Source of the DNA: Octopus sinensis
Lineage: Eukaryota
Direction: 5' to 3'
DNA: 51,120 nucleotides
Assembly (NCBI RefSeq): GCF_006345805.1
Contig: NW_021834191.1
Span: 1 to 51,120, forward strand
Of this stretch, positions 41,354 to 51,120 are shown one piece after another. A program made the translations under genes and the position numbers. The notes below the pieces were generated by a model. That model saw only the letters and a list, made by a program, of their open reading frames with translations. It did no database searches and was not told where the DNA came from. Position 1 is the first letter of the stretch. Every line of letters starts with the position of its first letter.

Positions 41354-42266
41354 TATTAGAATTTCCGTCCGTACATTGTTTGGGAGGGTAGATTACTCAT
41401 GACAATGTTAAATAACAGAGGACTGAGTACTGATCCCTGGGGGACACCTCTTTTTAATTTTAGCTCATCCGAGTCGTGGTTCAGTAAGCTTACCACGGAT
41501 CGTCTGTCGCGGAGGAAGTCCTGTAACCATAGAAACAGTTCTCTATCTATCTGACACTTCACCAGATGTCTCAGAAGGCCAAAATGCCATACACTGTCGA
41601 ATGCCTTCGAAATGTCGAATGCCTTCGAAATGTCGAAATGCCATCGTCAGAGATTCCTTGGTATCCAGAGCCTTCATAATTAACGAATTTACCGTATAAT
41701 GACAGTCCCCACAAGAGCGATTTCTGCGGAAACCCCACTGCACATTTTTTAGAATATTTTTGCTCTCCACATGTTCCGAGAGTCTTCCCAGCAATATCCT
41801 TTCCATGATTCGGCTGATGGTAGGAATCAGGCTTATCGGCCTATAGCTTGTTGGCAAGTAGCGAGGTTTTCCTGGCTTCAGTATCATCCTAACCTCCGTT
41901 AGTTTCCAGGAGGAGGGGACGTATCCCAAATGAAGACTACAGGAGAAAAGACATCTCAAATATTCATAAAGTTCCCTCGGTGCTTCTTTGAACAATCGCA
42001 ATGTTATCTTGTCTCTTCTTGGGGCATTATCCTTCGAGCATTTTATTGCGTCCTAGCCGTGTGGTCGGTCGTAAGTGGTTTGAATAATAAGGATCGTACT
42101 GGTTCAGGCCGGAAACGGAGCATAATCTTTTTTAACTCGAACCTATCTATAATTTTTTTCATTTATTTTCCTATTCATTGCCTTATAGTAGGCTGAGTTT
42201 CCATCAATCAAATTTAAATTAAATTTGAATTTTTTGGACTTGAACAATTAGAATTCCCTAAATATA

Positions 42267-44770
42267 CAGTATGGTCCAAAAATATTACAACCCTTGACTT
42301 TTTGACAAATAAAATCAATTTTCGATACTAATAATTAATTACGTAAACTATTTTTATGCAATTTAGTTCCTATTAAACTTGATTTAATGATTTTTAGGTA
42401 CATATGTAGTAGTTGGCGGCCACTTTTTAGCGAATTTTAAAAAAACTATATTTTTTTTAGTTAAAAAAAATATATAATTAAAAATAATACAATATAAAAA
42501 TAATAAAATCCCACGCTACTTTAATTTAAATGAGAAGTGAGGTCAATCTATTCAATCTACCCACAAATATGTCAGAAGCTATCAATTTCATGCAATCCAG
42601 AGGAATCATCCCAAAAAAAAGTGTGTCGCAACGGACACCAAATGACTTTAAACATTGGCAGCTCTCCGGCTTGGAATTGCTACAGAAGGGGCTGTCGAAG
42701 TAAATCGAGTCTAAAAACTGGTATTTATATCATTAAAACTCAACAGGAACGTGGTTAGCAGGAACCAAAGTACCATTCGAAGATATAATCCGGTTTGTCT
42801 ACCTGTGGGCAAAAAATATATCTTCTATGGAGATATGCATGGAAAATCTTGGTTGGGCTTCACATACACCGTGGACTGGTCAATGTACATGCGTGAAATT
42901 TGCATGCTATCATTGACATCTCGTCAGAGATCCAAAATAGGTGTGCGTAAATTTATAATATAATAGGCGGTGAAGGAATGATTGTGGAAATTGACGAAAG
43001 TCATTTTTCAAAAAGGAAATACAACAGAGGCAGAATGTTGCCTGAGCAATGGGTTTTCGGCGGAATCTGCAGAGAAACGAACCAATGCTTCTTAGAAGCA
43101 ATACCTGACAGAACAATGAAGACCCTTACGAAGGCTATTCTTGAGAATGTAGAAGAAGGCACCATTCTCATATCAGACTGCTGGAAGGGTTATTCAACAA
43201 AAGATCTTCAGGATGCAGGATATCAGCACCTGCAAGTGAATCACAGATATTGTTTTGTTGATCCAACTACGGGTGCACACACCCAACATATTGAAAGGTT
43301 TCCAATTATATAATTATTCCTTAGAATGTGGAGTAGCGCCAAATGGCGTAATAGAAAACAAAGGGGAACAGTCAGACAACACCTTAATAGTTATTTTACG
43401 GAGTTCATTTGGCGACAGACAGCCAAAAAGAAAGAATTTGAAACAATCATGGAGTGCATTGCCTTACATTGTCCCCCAGAATCAAAACTAAAATAAAAAA
43501 ATAATTAATAATTTTGTATAAAAATAATTAATTTTTTATAGTAATATTATTTAAAAAGGTAATTATTCACCAAAAAAATATAGTTTTTTTAAAATTCGCT
43601 AAAAAGTGGCCGCCAACTACTACATATGTACCGATTTTTATTTTTTTAAAACCAAAAATCAATTTATTTTATATCTGTGAGCAAAAACATGAAAAATTGC
43701 CGGCTCATAAATAGTACACCATTTAAAAAGTCAGTATTTGGCGTGCCCTCATTTATTTTTGATGAGTGCTTTTAGTCTCGAGGTCATTGATTCCACCAAT
43801 TTGATACATATTTCCTTTGGAATTTTTTTCCATTCTTCAATAATTAAATTTTCTAGATTTTTTTTATTTGTGACGTTAAATGTTTCAATTTTTCTTTTTA
43901 AATAGCACCATAGGTGTTCAATTGGATTTAAATCTGGCGACATGCTCGGCCAGTCCATTTGCAAGATTTTTTTTCAGTCAAAAAACTTTTAGACCTCTTT
44001 GCAGTATGCTTCGGATCGTTATTTTGTTGGAAAATCGGATTTCCTGAATGATCGTTGATAAAGGGAATTATTTTTTCCTCAAGTATATTAATGTACATGT
44101 CTGCATTCATGATCGCATTTATGATATAAAGTTCACCAGGTCCTTGCAAGCTCATAGATCCCCATATCTTTATATTTCCGCCGCCATGTTTCATTGTAGC
44201 TACTATGCATTTTGGATTTAGTGCATTGCCATTTTTGCGCCACACATGCTGAATTCAATCTGATCCGAACAAATTGATTTTGGTCTCATCTGACACAGAA
44301 TTATATTCCAAAAATCCATATTTTTGTTTACATATTTTTTGCAAATTGTAAACGGTTTCTTTTGTGCCTTTTTGACAATAATGGTTTCCTTCGAGGTACT
44401 CGGCCATATAAATTGCATCATGTAGTGTCCTTTTTATTGTAAATTTTGATATTTGAATATCAGAATAAGATCCAATTGTTTAGCAATTGCAGATGAAGAG
44501 ATTCTTGGATTTTTTTCAGCAGAACGTCTGATCAGACGGATAGATCTGATAGATAACTTCTTCGTTCTCCCTCTTTCTCCATTTAAAATGCCATTTATTC
44601 CGTTTTTTTCAGTATTTGTACAATCTTAGCAACGGTGTTCTTGTTAATCTCAAGTTTCTTGGCAATTTTTTGTATCCATAGTTGTCCTCGTGTAAGAAAT
44701 AATACGATTTTTAATATCTGAAGAGAGATCAACACTACGAAGTTCATGTTAATTATTCTGATAATAAGAT
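42267..44770 (-). mobile_element. Tc1/mariner element, frameshifted, hosting a Merlin insertion; 5' end missing
   Basis: Terminus TA-CAGTATGGTCC at 42267; KHGGGNIKIWG, QQNNDPKHT, WPSMSPDLNPIEHLW at 43749-44860. Confidence 0.85.
42397..43632 (+). mobile_element. Merlin (IS1016/ISXO2-like) DNA transposon; transposase about 42530-43495 with 3 tiny introns and frameshifts
   Basis: Long TIRs GGTACATATGTAGTAGTTGGCGGCC; 8-bp TSD GATTTTTA; VEIDES..KRKYNRGR, SDCWKGY, VNH, HTQHIERMW. Confidence 0.93.
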
Positions 44771-45330
44771 AATTATTGTGGCGCGCCATAACTGAAACGG
44801 GCGCCAGACGTGTAACATTTTGACCCTGAGAAAACCGCATAATGACCTTGATTAGCAATTAACAAAACTTTGAAATAATGTGGCGCGCCATAACTGAAAC
44901 ATCTAATGAACAACATCTAATGAACAACATATTATGTCACATGGGCGACTATGTCGCTATGGGCAGCCAGTCCTTTTACGTGTTTCTATGGAAACCGCAG
45001 AAAAGGTATTAAATATTGAATATAGCAATTTATATATGGAAGAGTGTAGATTAATCAATTATTCTAATTTAAAATTACATTGAATTATCTTTTAAAATGG
45101 CTTACCCAAAAGTATATTAATTTAACAGCGTGGTTACTCACACTTTGTGATGTCTAGGTTTAAGGGTTACGTCAGAAATATTAACGAATAGAATCAAATT
45201 AAGGAAGCGTTAATCGGGATATTCCCGGAGGATATGAATGCTCGAAGGAAACACCGGTTGGCCAAAAAAGCTTCCATTTTTTGTCAAAAATGTCTGAAGA
45301 ATCGTCAGCAGAAACATCATTTAATTTCGA

Positions 45331-45675
45331 GTTAGGGTTACGTTAGGGTTTGGGTTAAGGTTAGGGTTAGATTTTGAATATTTATGTTGTCACTTGCCAA
45401 CGTTGGGGTTTGGGTTAAGGTTAGGGTTAGATTTTGAATATTTATGTTGTCATTTGCCAACGTTGGGGTTTGGGATAAGGTTACGGTTAGATTTTGAATA
45501 TTTATGTTGTGACTTGCCAACGTTGGGGTTAGGGTTAGATTTTGAATATTTATGTTGTCACTTGCCAACGTTAGGGATTGGGTTAAGGTTAGGGTAAGAT
45601 TTTGAATATATTTATGTTGTCACTTGCCAACGTTAGGGATTGGGTTAAGGTTAGGGTTAGATTTTGAATATTTAT
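45331..45675 (+). repeat. 60-bp tandem repeat containing TTAGGG and variants (about 5-6 copies)
   Basis: Unit GTTAGGGTTAGATTTTGAATATTTATGTTGTCACTTGCCAACGTTGGGGTTTGGGTTAAG; period 60 visible at 45361, 45421, 45481. Confidence 0.9.
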
Positions 45676-45680
45676 TTGGA

Positions 45681-47007
45681 CCTCCCCAAATTGCATAATA
45701 TATTACATAATTTATTACATAATCTCAAGTATCCACGTATCTACACATTTAGGCACCTCTTAAAATTGCATAATATATTACGCAATTTATTACATAATCT
45801 CAAGTACCTTTATATCCTCACATCTAGGGACCTCCCCAAATTGCATAATATATTACATAATTTATTACATAATCTCAAGTATCCTCGTATCTACACATTT
45901 AGGCACCTCTTAAAATTGCATAATATATTACGTAATTTATTACCTAATCTCAAGTACCCTTGTTTCCTCATATCTAGGAACCTCTCCAAATTGCATAATA
46001 TATTACGTAATTTATTACATAATCTCAAGTATCCTCGTATCTACACATTTAGGCACCTCTTAAAATTGCATAATATATCACGCAATTTATTACCTAATCT
46101 CAAGTACCCTTGTTTCCTCATATCTTGGAACCTCTCCAAATTGATAATATATAACGTAATTTATTACATAATCTCAAGTATCCTCGTATCTACACATTTA
46201 GGCGCTCTTAAAATTGCATAATATATTACGTAATTTATTACCTAATCTCAAGTACCCTTGTTTCCTCATATCAAGGAACCTCTCCAAATTGATAATATAT
46301 TACGTAATTTATTACATAATCTCAAGTATCCTCGAATCTACACATTTAGGCACCTCTTAAAATTGCATAATATATTACGCAATTTAATACCTAATCTCAA
46401 GTACCCTTGTTTCCTCATATCTAGGAACCTCTCCAAATTGATCATAATTACATAATCTAAAGTATCCTCGTATCTACACATTTAGGCACCTCTTAAAATT
46501 GCAAATATATTACGCAATTTATTGCCTAATCTCAAGTACCCTTGCTCCCTCATATCTAGGAACCTCTCCAAATTGCATAATATATTACGTAATTTAGTAC
46601 ATAATCTCAAGTATCCTCGTATCTACACATTTTGGCACCTCTTAAAATTGCATAAAATATTACGCAATTTATTACCTAATCTCAAGTACCCTGCTTCTTC
46701 ATATCTTGGACCTCTCCAAATTGCATAATATATTACGTAATTTATTACATAATCTCAAGTATCCTCGTATCTACCATTTAGGCACCTCTTAAAATTGCAT
46801 AATATATTACGCAATTTATTACCTAATCTCAAGTACCCTTGTTCCTCATTCTAGGAACCTCTCCAAATTGAAATAATATAACGTATTTATTACATATCTC
46901 AAGTATCCTCGTATCTACACATTTAGGCACCTCTTAAATGCATAATATATCACGCAATTATTACCTAATCTCAGTACCCTTGTTTCCTCATATCTTGAAC
47001 CTCTCCA
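45681..47007 (+). repeat. Tandem array of 75-bp monomers alternating A/B (150-bp higher-order unit), about 17-18 monomers
   Basis: CCTCCCCAAA/CCTCTCCAAA recurs at 45681, 45831, 45981, 46131; B monomers start CCTCTTAAAA, e.g. at 45756. Confidence 0.92.
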
Positions 47008-47710
47008 GAAGAATATTCATTGAAACTGTGAAATTTCCCTTTATCAATTACGAGATGGGGAGCAATTAAAAGCAATGGGCAAAGATCAATTGTCCTTTGC
47101 CGAAAAAAGTCAACTCCGCCGAATATCAACGCGTTATAAAAGAAGGATTTGAAATTTTTATGAAGAAAATTATTTTCTTCAACAAGATGGAGCAACATGT
47201 CATACATCAAAATCCACTAGAGCGTTTATGGCCGAAAACAACATAAAACTCATGGAAAAATGGCCAAGTCAATCTCCTGACCTAAATATAATTGAAAATC
47301 TATGGGCAATTTTAAAAAAGAAGTTAAAAAATGTGGAGCATCAACGATTCAAGAATTATGGAATGAAACAAAGAAGGCCTGGAAAAACATTGATACAGGT
47401 GTGGTTATTAAGCTTTTTGAGTCAATTCAAGAAGAATCTTCGGTAGTCATAAATAATGGAGGAATGACTAAATATTAAATTTTTGGATAATTTTGTCTTT
47501 CGTTATTGAAATGTGCTTCTAACATATGAACGATGTATTATTTTGAGTTTCTTAGTAAATACACATTATAAACTAAATGTGCTCAAAAATTTTAGGTTAA
47601 GATTTTTTATTCAGTAGTTTGTTATTAACAAAAAACTTTTTTCAAAAAATGACAAATAAGTGCCTTTTTTAGGGAAAAAATAGGGTGCCTCTAACATTTG
47701 GACGGGACTG
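47008..47710 (+). mobile_element. Tc1 3' fragment, copy 3
   Basis: Begins mid-transposase and ends GGACGGGACTG-TA; many 1-nt indels relative to copies 1 and 2. Confidence 0.9.
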
Positions 47711-47922
47711 TAATTGCCAGTTTTATAATAACCAAGGTTTCTTAGATGATCGTCAACTCGGTTTTAATAGTTTTCTTGGAAAATAACATTTATTTTTGCC
47801 AGAACGGACGTTTTATATCGATCTTTTAGAAAGACTTTTTGAATTGGGTTAAAAATCAGATACAAGGTCATTTTTTATTAAAGTATTAATGTTAAGAGAT
47901 TAAAATATAAGTGAAATTAAAG

Positions 47923-50300
47923 TTATTCAGAGTTAGAGTGATATACTTCATTGAATGACTTCAAATAAAGTTTTATAACTTGAGCGCGTTTAATCTTCAT
48001 TGTTGGAGTTAATAGTTCATTGGCAGTAGTGAATTCGTTATAATCCAAGACAAGTCCTTTCACTTGTTCAAATCCAAATAATTTGGCCTCTTTTCCCAGA
48101 GCATTTAATTCTTCAATTAAACGGTTTATTACGTCCTAATTTTACCAATTTACATTAAAAACCCGGTTTTTTAATAAAGTTGACATTTCGAAAGAAATGG
48201 ACATTTTTTTTGCAAATTTAACAAGCTGGTCTTGCATTACGATTATCAAAGCAATCGGATAATCCTTTAGACTGTCCCCGTAAATCATAATTTGGTGGAC
48301 TAGCGGATGTCTAGCGTAGATTGGTTCGATTTTTTCTGGAGTTATATATTCGCCCTAAATAATGTTGGAATTAAACAACCTGACTAAGTTTGAATATGTT
48401 CTTACTCCTATCTATGATTGTATAAGTACCATTCTGAACAAAATACAAATTGTATCTACCTTGTTTAATCTTGCAATATCTCCGGATTTGAAAAATCCGT
48501 CCTCATCAAATGCTTCCTTATTAATTTCAGGTCTCTTATAATACCCACTAGTTACATTTGGTCCTCTAATTAAAAGCTAAAATAATAGTAATTTTAATTT
48601 CTGTACCTCTCCTGTCCCATCCGAACTGAAATATTCATAATCAGGGCAGTCCACCAATTTTATCTCAACCCCAGGCATAGGAGCTCCACATTCACCTAAC
48701 CAAGTTAACACGAAAATGTAGGACCAATTCCGCCGTTTCCCACATTTTGGAGCAAAGCAGCCGCCGTGGTTTCTGTGAGTCCATATCCCTGAATCAACTA
48801 GAATAGAGATGCGATAAAGACCTGGACGCCAAAAACAACGCGGGAAAATATCTCCAAGTCTCTAGACATTGGAGCACCCCCGACGACTATATATTCCAAT
48901 CTCCCGCCAAATTTAGCTTGGATTGAGTGAAAAATTTTATTATAAAACCTAGAAGGTTTTAGTTCATTTGTACTGCAAAATAAATTGTGATTTTTTACCG
49001 CAAAAGCTGTTCTCGGCGACGGTTGAATGCCCAATTAAATATACTCCGAACTAAAAAGTTGGAATTCTCAATTTTGTTTAAAATCTTTTCCCTAAATCTA
49101 TCCAGGACACGCGGGACAGCAATGATCAACTTGGGCTGGACAGCTTGCAGGTCCGATAACATAAGTTTCAAATCTCCTTGGGAAATGCCAATCCGAACCC
49201 CAAGAGTTGTCATAATAAACTAAAAGTAACAAACCAACTAAACCAGGACCAAATTTTCAAAGGAGTGTTGATAGGGTAGATACGAGTAATACACCAAACT
49301 CTTCAAGTCCATAGGATTATCCTCATATCCCTAATTGTAAGGCAAATTCAAGCACAAACCAAAATTTTGATCACAGCCATTACATTAAAAACTATTTGAC
49401 GATGACATAGTTTGACGCCTTTCGGAACTCCTAAAATATTCAAATGAATAACAAAACCAGTGCTGCCACTGGTGTAGAGAATATAAACTAAATCATCTAA
49501 ATCGGGCTCATCGAATGAGGTGGTCTCGGAGTGACAATCCCCACCAAGTTCCTTCATTTTGGTCAATATATTAATTTTACCATTAATTCAGAAATCGTGA
49601 GAATCTTCACAGAGCCTGCCATCGTTTTTAGTTCCGTGGAAACTGACACGGAAGTAAAAATATGAGAAAAGTTAAATTTGGAGAATTCTAAAAGAGTTTT
49701 AATTCGTTCCTCAGTATCACAAAACGCCACAATAGGAGAGGCTGATTTTGAAAGAGTAAAGTAAACCCTCGTTGATGATATGTTCGATCGAGGTTGGTCC
49801 GAGAGAGTCGTATAGAGGGACGATTACATTTCGACGTTTGAATGCAGCAAAAGTGATCAAAAATGTCTGGATATTAACCAACAAGTACATCTTTTGACAT
49901 TTTGCTGTATGTCGCCACGAAAGCGTCAGTTCCATGCTTGACCCCCAATCGAGTCAAACCAAAAGCACATTTATTGACAAATTCGTCAAACTAAAAAATT
50001 GGAAATATTTTAGGAACTTTCCCATATGACAGCCAACTATAAGAATCGTTTGGAGAAAGTCGATAACCGAGATAATCCCCTTCGTTCCCAGCCCTTTTAC
50101 GACCAATTTCAAACAATTCCAAAATATTTTTTATTTTCAAATCTTTTGGATTTTTTAAGTCGATGAACTCAGCCAAGTCTGCGTTAATAGAATAATTATC
50201 AGTGACATAATCACAACGCACTCTTGCACCATATTTCTAAATTTTATAGCACTGAGGATCAAAAAGTTACGTTTTCTTTTGTAAACATTCTTTGATTCAT
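47923..50300 (-). CDS. ACSL: Long-chain acyl-CoA synthetase, copy 3
   Basis: Constant offset of 46847 from copy 1; identical ORF-track translations. Confidence 0.9.
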
Positions 50301-51120
50301 TATAACTTATCTTTGAGATTTAATAAATATCTACTATTTACTAGACTAGAAAAAACAACAATATTTCAAATCTACTAATATGGGAAATTTAGTATCTATT
50401 TGAATTTAGTTTTTAAAAGAATATTAAAATATTATATAAATAATAAATATTAACAAATTATTTAATTGAATAAATATACTAAAAAATATGAGGAGATTTT
50501 ATTAATTCTTGCGGAACGTGATATTTATTTCGACTGAGCTCTGTGAAACATTACCTGAGGGTCTACCTACGAATCAATTGAAAAGAAAAGCCAGTGAGAC
50601 CGTAGATGAAGCGGCCCAAGAACTGCCCACTGCCAAAGAATTTGTCTTATCTCACAACCCTTCTCTTCAAGTAGGCCACGAAAGTCTGCTTACCTTGCAA
50701 GCAGTAATCGATCAAGTCAACGAGCATATGACGCAGTGACCCACCGCGTCAGTAAAAAAAGTGAATTGATCGTAATTATGAACGCAAAGTTTAACAAACT
50801 TAAGAAGGAACTCAAACTGGTAACACCACCAACTAATAATTACAAAACGAGTAAATAACTGGTTCTCAACCTTTTTTACTCCCTAATATTTAATCGACCC
50901 CCTTAAAAAATTTTATATACAATAGACAATATTAAGTAATATTTTTATATACAACAGACAATACTAAGCAGACAATACTAAATAAAATTAGTTAATCCTT
51001 TAATTCTTCAAAGCATATCGTTGAGCAAGACAGAAAGAAGATAATCCTCATTATAGTGTCACTATAAAGAACAAGATGCATTACTCTAGCTCCTGCATCA
51101 AAATGGTCGAGTATACATAC

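Larger units (their letters stand above)
38100..42060 (-). mobile_element. Jockey/L2-like LINE RT interrupted by Tc1 (39876-41353) and a Ginger2-like element (38234-39689)
   Basis: WKLTEVRMILKPGK, YRPISL, QWGFRRNRS, GVPQGSVLSPLLF, then YADD after the Tc1, then IKYL-type text after the Ginger element. Confidence 0.88.

Noticed and set aside
41597-41645. 18-bp tandem duplication (RHFEGI x2) inside the LINE RT
   Set aside because: This is a local slippage or assembly duplication at the DISKAFD-type motif in a dead element.
45681-47007. CRISPR-like appearance of the regular array
   Set aside because: There are no unique spacers, the whole unit repeats, no cas genes are present, and the context is eukaryotic.

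Overview
AT-rich eukaryotic nuclear DNA with very short spliceosomal introns (22-48 nt, mostly 24-29 nt) at high density. No prokaryotic features were found. Stitching the ORF fragments by hand across these introns gives three recognisable host genes and one orphan gene. The recognisable genes are a long-chain acyl-CoA synthetase (ACSL, 15 introns, three apparently identical copies), the U5 snRNP GTPase Snu114/EFTUD2 (20-21 introns, one GC-AG) and COG3/Sec34. The orphan is an intron-containing coiled-coil gene present in two copies. The rest is a dense, nested transposon landscape: Tc1/mariner, hAT, pogo, Merlin, Ginger2-like integrase DNA transposons, and CRE, R4-like, RTE and jockey-like LINEs. 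There are also telomere-like and 75/150-bp tandem arrays. Main observations: (1) Snu114 has its P-loop lysine replaced by Met (GHLHHGM|T), plus other G-motif changes; (2) in every fully reconstructed ACSL/Snu114 intron, the 3' splice site is the first AG at least 22 nt from the donor; (3) the Merlin and Ginger2-like transposases carry host-type tiny introns; (4) there is a four-level TE nest whose outer LINE frame is restored exactly on removal of the insert; (5) the Tc1-ACSL block occurs three times and could be partly an assembly or haplotype artefact. The intron architecture resembles that reported for dicyemid mesozoans, but the taxon is an inference. Family assignments come from motif recognition from memory, not from database searches.
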